DNA of 64,000 bases from Octopus sinensis (Eukaryota): the NCBI RefSeq assembly GCF_006345805.1, contig NC_043005.1, positions 96,286,001 through 96,350,000 of the forward strand, written 5' to 3'. Shown here one piece after another: positions 37,650-49,863 of this stretch. The position numbers and the translations under genes were made by a program. The notes below the pieces were generated by a model. It saw only the letters and a list, made by a program, of their open reading frames with translations. It made no database searches and had not been told where the DNA came from. Position 1 is the stretch's first letter, and each line of letters begins with the position of its first letter.

Positions 37650-37990
37650 CTTGGGCGTGGCTAAGAAGTTATCTTCACAACCATGTGATTTTGGACCCAG
37701 TCTCTCTGGGCAGCAGCACAGGCCGGTGTCTTCTAGTACAGATTTCAACTGACCAAAGCCTTGTGAGTAGATTTGGTTGACAGGAATTGGTAAAGCTGTG
37801 CATGTTCAGGTCTCCTTGTTTTGACATTCTGTGCTTCTCTTAAATGAGCATCAGTCATAGTGTTGTTTGCAGTCTTCCATGAAAACATGTCTGGCCATTG
37901 TGCTGTTTGTGTTCAGGAAAATTTGCCTCAACAAATTTTGTCTGACCTGTACAAGCATCAAAAAGTGGACATTAACACAAAGACAATGAT
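37650..37990 (+). mobile_element. SINE family A' (diverged)
   Basis: Family-A head, gccttgtgagtagatttgg body and aaaagtggacattaac tail. Confidence 0.5.
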
Positions 37991-39718
37991 TGTTGCTGAG
38001 TAACTCTAAGCCCATCCATGGCTTACCAGTAGCTAATCAATCAGTGCATTTAATCCATGTTTGTATTTATGGCCATTTCATTTTCATTGTAGATCATGGT
38101 GTCCAAAGATAATGAATATATATATTCCTTTCGTAAATGTAGGAAATTTATTAAGAAGGAATAAGTAAATACATCAAAGTTAAAACTTTGGTCTAAAGTC
38201 TAAAATTGTAACTTTGATGTTGTTTAGCTTAATTTTGGAATTTGTTGATCCTCGTTTTATTTGTAGAAAACCAATTGATAGAAATTTGAAGGGGAATCAA
38301 TTTTGACATTGCATGCTTTACAAATAAAACATGCAATGAAAATATACACTGTATATCTTGATGCTATGAAAACACTAGAGGTGGTTAAACAAATTCAAGA
38401 AAGATGATTTTTAATTTCTCTAATAAACATTAATTAGGAAGACCAATTACCCTATTCTTAATAATACAATGAAAGCAGCCATTGATGAGGATCTATATCC
38501 ATTAAAGTGTTGGAGACATGCTGGAAATTTAATGAATCTTGGTCCACTGTTAAAGATCATCATTTAAAGTAAAATTGGAAAATAGTTTAGAAAAAGGACT
38601 TGGATACTTTATGAATTGTTCCGCAAGAATAAAGCTTTGTATTCAGCAATATGCCATATTTTATTAAACAGGAACGTAAAAACGCTTCCAAACTGAATCT
38701 GTAACACGGTTCCAATTTACATGTAATTCATGTAACATCCTAAGTTCTGTTATGTCACCTACACTCTTCTTTGTATGATATTGACTCTTACTATTCTGAC
38801 CACATGTTCCTGTAAAGATGATACAGCTTTCCATTCTCCTTTAACCTTCTAGACATAGGCATCCTTCTCATGTAACTCCTGAAAGCCATACCAAACCTGC
38901 ATTTTGTCCATGAACAGACATCTTGAAAACATCTTCCGCAACTTGGTCTCTCATAGCACAAAGCCAAATTCATTATGCACTTCCAGGAAACAGCATTACA
39001 CCACCCCTATTCACAAGCAAGTAAATCAATCAAAATTACTGGGAAAGTTAGAACCTACCATTATAGACGGTCTCAGTGCAACTTCATTTAACTTTGCCAA
39101 AGGACTTGGCTTCTTCTGAGTCATAAAATACTTCAGCCCTGATTGTTGACTCTACAAAACAAATGTAATCAACACTGGAGTGCTGCTTACATATCTAGGT
39201 TACAGCTACTGTTATACACTTTCAAGAAGATTCTTGACACTATCGAACTGTTAAGCGAAAATTTCACTCAACAACATGCTGTAATTACTGGCTTAGGACA
39301 TGGTACTCCTTCAGTGTCTCTTCAACCATTTTTACAATGGCATATAAACCAGGTAGCTGTAGATTACCTCCATTCAAATACACCTGTTTCTTTTATTGTC
39401 GTCTTTAACAGTGTATCTTTACAGATCTTGTGCTGAATGCTTTTCTCAGTCATTACTTCGAGCTGCAGTCCTCTGCATACTATTCCTTCCCAGACTACGT
39501 CTTTTTTCAGTGACCAGTCGGGGGAAGATCTACAATTGTTATCAGTGATTCCTCTCCTCTTCTGTCTAATTAGTAAAAGTAAATTTAATAAATCTGTTTC
39601 TCTATTGAAATCAACAGATCAGTGAGCCATTGATGCCAACCACTGATCAATAATGAAGCATTTCGTTTGTTGAAATGTTACAGAATTACACACAAAACTG
39701 ATTTATTTCACTTAATTA

Positions 39719-40199
39719 CCATAAATCCTCGAGTATAATACGCAGGGGATTTTTAGGGGGCTATACCTCTGAAAAACCTAAACCTTGTGTATAATACGCA
39801 CCCCTTCTCTAACTTGAGTCGTGCGTAATTAAGCCAGCAGCACCTAGTTGAACAAACACTTCCACGCATGCGTAATACAATAATGGTGATGTTCTTAACT
39901 GTTATATGGGAATGTAAATATGTTTGCAAATTGTTTTTGTTACATGTTATTCTGTGTTCTGAATACTTTTATTTTATTAGATGTTGCTTACTGCAAGTTA
40001 TGGATGATTCTTTTATGATTTCACTGCTTTCAAGCTTAGCTTTAGGTATTTTCGCGCCCGACATCACAAAATGCGTCTGAATAAACATTGCTGGACAGCT
40101 AATAGAGACTCAGACATTGCTTAGAAAATATTTTTCGTTTTTAACCTCGTATATAGTATGCACTAGGGGAAAATGCGGATTATGCTCGAGGATTTACGG
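39719..40199. mobile_element. 481-bp TA-flanked MITE (pogo/Tigger-like)
   Basis: 26-bp TIRs CCATAAATCCTCGAGTATAATACGCA and CCGTAAATCCTCGAGCATAATCCGCA (3 mismatches); TA on both sides. Confidence 0.8.
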
Positions 40200-40500
40200 T
40201 ATGTATCTACTCAGCAAGGGCACCCAAGATTCCTTACAAATTGTGACCAAGAAAGGAGTGGAGATTTCAAGGAGCTGTCTTCTCTCCAGACAAAATGTTT
40301 CCCATGCAAAAAGCACTTTTTGGTGTGCAGTTCAATGTGGTAGGAAGGTTTAAATAGAAAACATGAAATATTTGCAGAAATTGGTCTAGTTTCATCCCTT
40401 AAACATACAGCATAGGCTTGCACTCAAGGTAATGCAGAAGTGAATTTTGGAAGGTAGGAAGGGCAGTAGATTACTATGGACATACAATTTACATTGTATT

Positions 40501-40684
40501 TTTATTTGTTTCAGTCATTTGATTACGGCCTTGCTGGAGCACCGCTTTTAGTTGAACAGATCAACTCCAGGACTTATTCTTTGTAAGCCTAGTACTTATT
40601 CCTTTAGTCCCTTTTGCTGAACTGCTAAGTTACAGGGACATAAACACACCAACATCGGTTGTCAAGCAATGGTGGAGGGGACAA

Positions 40685-40717
<33 letters not shown>

Positions 40718-40870
40718 GAACAGGCTTTTTTCAATTTCTGTCTACCAAATCCACTCACAAGGCTTTGGTCAGCGCAAGACAATAGTAGAAGACACTTGAC
40801 CAAAGTACTGCGCAGTAGGACTGAACCTGGAACCATGTGGCTGGTAACCAAGCTACTTACCATACAGCCA
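40501..40870 (-). mobile_element. SINE family A
   Basis: Reverse complement of the family A body and tail. Confidence 0.75.
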
Positions 40871-41242
40871 ACCCTGAGCCTATATATGTTCATATTGGTT
40901 TGAAACAAAGTTTTGTCTGGCAGAAATGAAGAGATCAAATGCGGGTAAGATAACAAGTCAATGAAAATAATTTTCCCACTCCATTCAAATGGACTTATGA
41001 CCAAAAGTATACCGATTCTGACCATTACCATTAACAAGTTGAGTAACTGAAATTATGATCATATCTACACCAACTACATAAATAAGAAAACACAGGCTGA
41101 TCTTTTCTGAGTTGTTTGTGAGAGCTGCACTATCTTGATTGTTGAAATGCAAATTGATTGGTCTGGTGTGTTAGTGAAGGGGCTTCTCATGAATTAAACA
41201 ATATTTCATCATATATCTGTCACATTACAGAAGCATTTTATT

Positions 41243-41637
41243 CCTATTTCTTTACTGCCCACAAGGGGCTAGACACAGAGGGGACAAACGGATTAAGTTG
41301 ATTATATCGACTCCAGTGCGTGATTGGTACTTAATTTATCGACCCCAAAAGGATGAAAGGCAAAGTCGACCTTGGCGGAATTTGAACTCAGAACGTAACA
41401 GCAGATGAAATACCTATTTCTTTACTGCCCACAAGGGGCTAGAAACAGAGGGGGCAAACAAGGACAGACAAACAGATTAAGTCGATTATATCGACCCCAG
41501 TGCATAACGTACTTAATTTATCGACCTCGAAAGGATGAAAGGCAAAGTCGACCTCGGCGGAATTTGAACTCGGAATGTAACGGCAGACGAAATAATGCTA
41601 AGCATTTCGCCAAGCGTGCTAACGATTCTGCCAGCAT
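41243..41637 (-). mobile_element. Head-to-tail dimer of SINE family B
   Basis: Two copies of cctatttctttactgcccacaaggggctag...ggaatttgaactc; only the distal copy keeps the head. Confidence 0.8.
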
Positions 41638-41649
41638 TTTATTCCTGGG

Positions 41650-41812
41650 CATGTAAAAGCATCCACCACACTCTCGGAGTGGTTGGCGTTAGGAAGGGCA
41701 TCCAGCTGTAGAAACTCTGCCAGATCAGATTGGAGTCTGGTTCGCCAGCCCTCAGTCAAATCGTCCAACCCATGTTAGCATGGAAAGCGGACATTAAACG
41801 GTGATGATGACA
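41650..41812 (+). mobile_element. Short RTE LINE 3' end
   Basis: Core plus acccatgttagcatggaaagcggacattaaacggtgatgatga tail. Confidence 0.7.
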
Positions 41813-42088
41813 TGGAATTCCATACGATAAAGTATATTTCCCTTTAACTTTTATGTAACATGAAATCAACAGAAAATATGGCTTTACAGAATTCCAAATT
41901 GCAAAAAAGTTTTTTCTGGAACAAATACATGTGATACCTATAATTAAAACAACTGGTTCTATTAATGTCTTGTCACACTATAATCTTATATAAAGTTTAA
42001 CATTTCAGTGTTTAAACTGGCCATATCAAACCCAAATATTCTGCCTGTTTTATGTCCAAACTCGCCAGATCTAGACTCTCACACCTTG

Positions 42089-42441
42089 CTCTTTTTCTTG
42101 TTTCAGTCATTCAACTGTGGCCATGCTGGAGCATCGCTTTTAGTCGAGCAAATCGACCCCAGGACTTATTCTTTGTAAGCCTAGTACTTATTCCATTGAT
42201 CTCTTTTGCTGAACCGCTAAGTTACGGAGAGGTAAATACACCAGCATCGGTTGTCAAGTGATGTTGGGGGGACAAACACACACACATATATATACGGTGG
42301 GCTTCTTTCAGTTTCCATCTACCAAATTCACTCACAAGGCTTTGGTCGGCCCAAGGCTATAGTAGGTGCCACGCAGTGGGACTGAACCCGGAACCATGTG
42401 GTTGGTAAGCAAGCTACTTACCACACAGCCACTCCTGCGCC
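42089..42441 (-). mobile_element. SINE family A, near full length
   Basis: Ends in ccacacagccactcctgcgcc, the reverse complement of the head. Confidence 0.8.
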
Positions 42442-42989
42442 TACCCTACAACGCCATTCTAAAAATAATTAATCAGATCATTCAAAACTCAAAGCTATAA
42501 GGTGATGCATGATTAATTCAAAACAATGTAAATAAATAAACATTACACTTGACAGAGTAATCTGAATGCTAAAGAGTTACTTTGCAAAGTAACAAAACAT
42601 TCATCAGTTGTTACACATGCGATTGACCATGACATTTTGGTACCAACCTACCTGAGCCACCCTTTTCTATGATTCTGACTTCCTGTTACTAAGTGATCTA
42701 AATTAAATAAATTAAAACTTGGCATTAAAATTTCACTTCTATTTATGTTCCAAACACCATTTTAATAAAAGCAAAGTTATTTTATTAAATTCTTCAAAAG
42801 CTGTGTATTTCAACAGAAATTTGGTAACAAAAGGGTTAAGGAATCTACAGTTAGAGTGGTCAGCCTAATTTAAGTTTTAAGTTTGCCAGGGATTGGTCTA
42901 GCATAATGGTGGTTCACAATACAAGTCACCAACTAGAAAGGCCAATCTAATGGCTCTTTTCTCTATAATATGTGAATGTTGCACATGCA

Positions 42990-43345
42990 TAGCCATATGG
43001 TAAGAAACTGGCTTCCCAGGCACATACTTTCAGGTTCAATCCTGCTGCATGTTTTCTGAAGTCTTGCACTGACCAAAGCCTTGTGAGTGAATCTGGTTGA
43101 CGGAAACTGAAAGAAGCCTGTTGTATGTGTTACTGTCTTGACTTCGTGTTGATAGTTGTGAAACAAGTGTTTCTGTAATGCAAGCAGTTTCCTCCATTTA
43201 CAGTCTTATGTGAAAACATTTCTGGTCATTGGGGAAAATATTACCTTACTTGGAAGCAGTTGAGGGTTGGCAACAAGAGGGGCATCAGCATCTGGCCATA
43301 GAAGATTTGCCTCAACTAATTCCATGCCAACGTATAAAAGTGGAT
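42990..43345 (+). mobile_element. SINE family A' with RTE-like tail
   Basis: Family-A body; tail ggttggcaacaagagggggcatc...aaaagtggatgttaaaatgatgatgatgat. Confidence 0.6.
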
Positions 43346-43664
43346 GTTAAAATGATGATGATGATATTACAACACTTCAAGTGGAACGTTAGAAGCATTG
43401 ATCTCAGAGGACTTGTGAAGGTCATAAGTACTTCTCTTCCTTCCAGACTCAATAATCTTTTATCTTTTACTTGTTTCAGTCATTAGACTGCAGCCTTACT
43501 AGGGCACCACCTTGAAGAACTTTTTAGTTGTATGAATCGACCCCAGGACTTATTCTTGTTAAGCCTGGTACTTATTCTATCAGTCTATTTTGCCAAACCA
43601 CTAAGCTATAATGACATAAACACACTGACACAGGTTATCAAGTAGCAGTGGGAGACAAAGACAC

Positions 43665-44005
43665 ATCATCATCGTTTAACGTCCGCTTTCCATGCTAGCA
43701 TGGGTTGGACGATTTTTGACTGAGGGCTGGCAAACCAGATGGCTCACCAGGCTCCAATCTTGATGCCCTTCCTAACGCCAACCACTCCGAGAGTGTAGTG
43801 GGTGCTTTTTACGTGCCACCGACACAGGGCCAGTCAGGCGGTACTGGCAACGACCTCGCTCGAATCTTTTTACACATGCCACCGGCACAGGTGACAGTAA
43901 GGCGACGCTGGTAACGATCACACTCGAATAGTGCCTTTTATGTGCCACCGGCACAGAAGCCAGTTGGCTGCTCTGGCAACGATCTCGCTCGAATGGTGCT
44001 CTTGG
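43665..44005 (-). mobile_element. RTE LINE 3' end with three modules
   Basis: Near-consensus copy with a small deletion in the core. Confidence 0.75.
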
Positions 44006-44029
44006 CACCCTGTATTATTTGTATGTATG

Positions 44030-44065
<36 letters not shown>

Positions 44066-44659
44066 CATACATGACAGGCTTCTTTCAGTTTCTGTCTACC
44101 AAATTCACTTACAAGACTTTGTCGATCCGAGGCTATAGTAGAAGACACACCTGCCCAAGGTGCCACACAGTGGGTCTGAATGCAGAACCATGTGGTTGGG
44201 AAGCAAGCTACCACACAGCCATGTCTGTGGCTAGAAGTTAAAGAAAAAATTATTTTCTTACATTGTCCCAAGATACCCAACATTATCATTCTTTTAGCAT
44301 CTGTTTATTATGTTGACATGGGTTTCACCTGCAGGATAGCAAATAGCTACGTATCTTAATTAGACACCATCTCTAAGACTTAACATCTTGAAATTTCATA
44401 CCAAGACTTCTTCCTGTTCTATGGACACCTGGGAACAAATGTCAAAATGTCCACTTAAATTTATCGAAACAAATAGGTTAACATGTTCCATTCAACAAGT
44501 ATACCTGTCTGGTAATTAGCTACAAACTGCATAGATGAAAAATCCTGACCTACGTTTAGTGTGTAACTGATGTTTAATTAAGTAAAGAATTAATTTTTCT
44601 TCAAGAATCACAGCTAAATGACTCAACAGGAGTTCTGTGTCATGAGGACCAAAGACTTG

Positions 44660-44970
44660 ATGTGTTTCGTGTTGCATGATATGTGTGAGAGAGAATTGTG
44701 ATGTCATAGGAGAGAAATGGGACTGCATGGATGATGGCTCACTTGCATTTAATGAGGCTGCAAAGAGAGAGACTTGGAGATGCCACTATGAAAGGTTGCT
44801 AAATGAAGAGAATGAATGGGAGAAAGATAGTCTGCTGAATGTTGGCCCAACAGGGAGCAGCTATCTGAATTGACAGTACCCTGGTAGATAAAGCAATTAA
44901 AAGTATGAAGACAAGGAAAGCCCCCGGCCCATCAGGAATCACTGCAGAGATACTTAAAATATCTGGCAGT
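44660..44970 (+). pseudogene. RTE LINE ORF fragment (pre-RT region)
   Basis: WRCHYERLLNEENEW...KAIKSMKTRKAPGPSGITAEILK. Confidence 0.8.
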
Positions 44971-45119
44971 TTGACTCTGCTGCCCTCATCTGTACCTCAT
45001 GTTGGACTCAATTCATGCAGTATTGTGGAGAGGAGGATGCCTAGTTCCTTTTTGAAGACATCTACATCCACATTGTGTAGGTTTCTTATGTATGTATTTT
45101 GTATATATATATATGCATG

Positions 45120-45863
45120 AAGTGGTGAAGCACAACCTTCAAACTTTAGGCCTCACCAAGGAAATGACTAGTGACCGAAACTTTTGGAAATATGCTGTGC
45201 TTGAGAAGACCCAAATGAGACCATAATCTCGTGGTCTATGCCAGGGGCATAACCAGCCCACTTATGTATACCTTTTCCTCCTTTGGACACTAAAACTCTG
45301 CTTGCAAAGACCTGTTGAGGCAAGTGAAAGTGAAATCAAAGTCAAAATCAAATTCAATGACTGGCGTCCGTACTAGCGGGGTACAAAGAGCACTCTACGA
45401 GTGTGATCATTGACAGAGTGGCCCTTAAAAGGCACCATTCAAGTGTGATCGTTACCAGCGTCGCCTTACTGGCACTCAAACCCTGTGCTAGTAAGTGTTA
45501 AGAGCACTATCCGAGCATGATCGTTGCCAGAGTGGCTATCTGGCCTCTGTGCCGGAAGCACGTAAAAGACACCATCCGAGCGCGACCGCTACCAGCATCG
45601 CCTTGCTGGCACCTGTGTTGGTGGCATGTGTAAAAGATTCGAGGGAGGTCGTTGCCAGTACTGTCTGACTGGCCCATGCCGGTGGCACGTAAAAGCACCC
45701 ACTACACTCTCGGAGTGGTTGGCGTTAGGAAGGGCATCAAGCTGTAGAAACTCTGCCAGATCAAGATTGAAGCCTGGTGCAGACATCTGGTTCACCAGTC
45801 CTCAGTCAAATCATCCAACCCATGCTAGCATGGAAAGCGGACGTTAAACGGTGACGATGATGA
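45120..45863 (+). mobile_element. RTE LINE ORF C-terminus joined to the modular 3' UTR and tail
   Basis: EVVKHNLQTLGLTKEMTSDRNFWKYAVLEKT then 3' UTR, modules, core and gatgatgat tail; this links the modular repeat family to an RTE ORF. Confidence 0.8.
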
Positions 45864-47569
45864 TATGCATGTATGTATTTGTAAGAACCCTCGTCTGGAC
45901 ATTATGTTTGTAAATGACCATCAACATCATACAGGTGATGTTCATTTCCAGTGAAAAATATACCTAGTCATGGGGAAACTTTAACCTGTCTGGAAACAAA
46001 TGAAGGTTGGCAATAGCAAGGGTACCCAGCTGTAGAGAAACTGTATCAACAAATTCCATCTGCCCATGCAAGCCTGGAAGTGGGACTGTTAAATGATGAT
46101 GCAAGATTCACTTGCAACGCATTGGTTAACCCAGGGCTATAGTAAAAGATAATTGCTCAAAGTACCACACAGAGTGGGACTGAACCTGAAACCACTTATA
46201 CTATACTACACATGCCAGTGTCTAGCCAAACCTATCAATTCACACCTCATATTAGCCATAGAATATACTCATTTGCATTATTTGAGAAGACCAGAGAAGA
46301 ACTCTTTGATTCCCAGAGGCTTGCTCAATTCACATGGTTTCAACATTTTTCACATACTAAAATTTTTAGTCATTAAAGTTTCTTCAGTCAATTTTTTCTT
46401 ATCTTAATATAACAGCAACTTCTTACTGTCTGCTTTGTATAAAGAGAGATTACCAACTAAGTTACTAGTAAATACCTATTACCTTGTTCCCATGCTAACC
46501 AAGCCACTCTATTTGCACCGGAACAACTTCAAAGCTCTTATGACAGAATACAAGCAGCAGAACTTGTCTGCTTCTTGCAACAACTGATCCTGTCATTCTA
46601 AGGTATTTTGTGCCTCCTGCTAACTATCTTGCATCTGGTGCATCTAAAATTCTTATTTCTTCTCAATGTTATCAATCCCAATTTATTTTTACTGCTTTCA
46701 TTGTTGCTGAGTGCATAATTTTGAAGTGATTCCAACTAGTTTGTATTATATATGTTGAGAAAGACATCTTCCTATTATGATATTAAAAAGTCACCGAATA
46801 AGAAATATTTTTATTTTGTAAATAATAAATGATTACTAATAATATAAATACTACAACAGTATCAGGCAAAATCCAAGAAATTTGGACAAATGTGACATAG
46901 AGTGGCAAAGAATTTTTCAGTTTGATTAAAAGAAGTAAAAATCACAAAGTAACAGCTGTTTGTACTATTCAACTGACCGATTAGTTTACAGATCAACTAA
47001 TCTGCTGCTGTTGTTGTTGTTGTTAAGCAACAAGATGGGTAAGGGTGATGGTCTTGGGCTTAGAGGCGGGAGACCCCAGACCTTAGAAAAAAAACCCTTT
47101 GGTCGTCTTGTTGTAGTCGAGGGCTCTTCGTTGACACCTGACACCACTGGGAGGTGGCCCTTGAAGTCGCTGGAAATGGAGATCTCCAGATCCAAATTTT
47201 TGCTGTTGTTGTTGTTGTTGGTGGTGGTGGTGCTGCTGCTGTTCATTCCAAATTTAGCCTTGATTTTGCAGACTTATGATAAAAGACACTACAGCCATGA
47301 CTATCCCATCTTTTTGCATACTAAGGATTACATTATCCATTTTTAGAGACTATTTGTATTGGTAGGATGAACCAACAACCAGTCATTTCTGACAGACGCA
47401 CAAAAAATTGCTTTTTTATTTTATTAAAGGTAAGGATCTAAATGACTTCTTCAGTTGGTGTGGCTTATAACAGTGTTCATAATAGTGGGCCTGAGAAAGA
47501 ATGGAAAGGGGACAATATTCATATGCCATTAATATCTGAATTGATGGTTGATCTGATTATATTTGATGT

Positions 47570-47992
47570 CCATACCTTTCCTTCTTGGGACACAAAACTC
47601 TGCTTGCGAAGACCTTTTGAGGCAAGTGAAATCGAAATCAATCAAAAATCAATGGAAATTGTAGTTGTGATACCAGTGCTGGTGGCACGTAAAAGAACCA
47701 TCTGAACGTGGCCGATGCCAGCACCGCCTTGACTGACCTCCGTGCTGGTGGCACGTAAAACGCACCAACCGATCATGGCTGTTGCCAGCCTCCCCTGGCA
47801 CCTGTGCCGGTGGCACATAAAAAGCACCCACTACACTCATGGAGTGGTTGGCATTAGGAAGGGCATCCAGCTGTAGAAACACTGCCAGATCAGACTGGGC
47901 CTGGTGCAGCCTCCTGGCTTTCCAGATCCCAGTCGAACCGTCCAACCCATGCTAGCATGGAAAGCGAACGTTAAACGATAATGATGATGATG
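47570..47992 (+). mobile_element. RTE LINE 3' end (second subfamily)
   Basis: Same layout as 45270-45863 with different module sequences; similar to 7250 and 59885. Confidence 0.75.
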
Positions 47993-48479
47993 ATTAACGA
48001 ACTTATTATGTACAGTGCTCTGGTGCCCTACAATTCATCAAAAAAGTAACCCAAAATGCATGAACAGTACATAGAATATGCACAGGAAGCTAACAGTGAG
48101 GAATATTGATATATTTCTTCCTTAAAACTGTTGATAATGAAAACAAAAAAACAAAAGAAAAAGAGTACTGTTTGTTAGTTATGATAAAAAGGGTTTTTCT
48201 TTCTCTGTTAGGGTGTAATATATGATTGTAAATCTGCAAAATTTGATGCTACAGATCAAAGAAGTATGAAGTTAGAAAGTTTGTTTTGGACAATATAATT
48301 CTGAGCTGCATTCTTTGAATGTAACAGTTGTGGTTACGTCTAAGCCTGTGAACTTAGTATTGCTTATGAAGGAAAGGATTTGAGTGTTGCATAGAGCAGA
48401 ACAGGCACCACCGGCACTAGATATACACAAAATGATGATAAACATTTCAGTGACGTTCAGAGGAAAATAAAATAGGTTA

Positions 48480-48575
48480 TCCTCCTCCTCCTCCTCCTCT
48501 TCATCATCATCATCGTCGTCGTCGTCGTCGTCATCATTATCATCATCACCACCACCACCACCACCATCATCAATA
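48480..48575. repeat. Compound trinucleotide repeat (CTC/CAT/CGT/CAC)
   Basis: Direct observation. Confidence 0.9.
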
Positions 48576-48737
48576 ATATTTTAATATCCATTTTTCCATG
48601 CTGGCTGCCATTCTACATATTTTCGCTTGTCTCAACATCTTAAGATCAGACCTCATCATTCCCCATCTTTCACATTCAGTGCTCATGTTTCACGATACCA
48701 TGTCGTAACATCATACATCTTACACATTCTTTTGCAT

Positions 48738-48741
<4 letters not shown>

Positions 48742-48772
<31 letters not shown>

Positions 48773-48800
48773 TGAGAGAGAGACAGACAGACAGACCAAC
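48742..48800. repeat. (AG)n/(AGAC)n microsatellite
   Basis: Direct observation. Confidence 0.9.
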
Positions 48801-49064
48801 TGACAGAAACAGAGATACACTTTGTTGTCAATAGAGATAACAAATGCCAGGATTTATTCCATTTTTTCCTTATATCCTAACTACTTTACTTTCACTACAA
48901 CCACCTTCTATACAGTTTACACCACCCAATGAAACAAACATTTTCAATTATTACCTACAATTGATAATTTACTAAGCTAACAGAGTGATCTTTATTTCAT
49001 GCTTTATTCCTCTATCTAACATTCTATCTTTGTGATAGATATTTAACATCAAAACTGGAATAAC

Positions 49065-49474
49065 TGTAGTGATGCTACTGTGTAAGGTTCAGCGCAGAAT
49101 GGGACTACTTCCAGGTGGCCACCAGAAGTCTTCCCCATGCGCATGTGCGGGAAACTGACCCCTGAGGAGCAGTAAACTCAATCACCCTCTCTGGCCATTT
49201 CAGCCCTTGGAAACAGACGTGCATTTGGTAGTCTCTGATAACTATACCGACTTAGACGCGGACAACATTGAATCCATTCAACCAACCAACAAGAAGCTGT
49301 ACAACAGATTCAGCTGCCGTTTTCCCTTCAGAAATACGTACACCATCACGAATAATAAACAACACTGCTGTCTTTCCCAGATAACTTGACTTTGTCTGTT
49401 ATATTTAACTAAATTGAATGTGACGGGATCGGATCGACACCCCTTCAGTGATACCGATTCCAGATCCTGTTACA
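49065..49474 (+). repeat. 5' LTR (410 bp)
   Basis: TGTAGTGATG...CCTGTTACA; manual alignment to the 3' LTR gives 22 substitutions and one 8-bp indel. Confidence 0.95.
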
Positions 49475-49476
49475 AT

Positions 49477-49486
49477 TGGTGACCCC
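49477..49486 (+). promoter_or_regulatory. Primer-binding site complementary to the tRNA-Trp 3' end
   Basis: TGGTGACCCC, 2 nt after the 5' LTR. Confidence 0.8.
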
Positions 49487-49863
49487 AAGTACAAAAAAAA
49501 AAAAAGAACAGAAGACGCAGCGAACAGGTTTTGCCAGTTAGAGCACTGAACACTCAGTTTTCACTTTCATTTTTCTTTTCCTTTCAGGACGGCGAAGGTG
49601 CGTAAAAACAAAAGTTTATTCATCGCACTCAGTACACTAAAAAAAAAAAAAAAAAAGAAACACACACATTATTTTTTTTCTTTTCTGTACCTTTGTTTTT
49701 ACTTTGTGCACACACACACTTATTCTTTACTACCCACGAGGTGCACACACACACACACCAGTACACAAAACACGAATTTTGATTTGCTTTGTCTATTCCA
49801 TGTGTTCTCCACTTCTCGTTCTTCCTTCTGTCCCCTTTCTGACAGGCGATTCTTCAGACAAAC

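Noticed and set aside
45350-45720. Modules as twister, hammerhead or HDV-like ribozymes
   Set aside because: Superficial TGCCGG...TAAAAG similarity only; no CUGAUGA/GAAA core and no twister conserved loop residues found by eye
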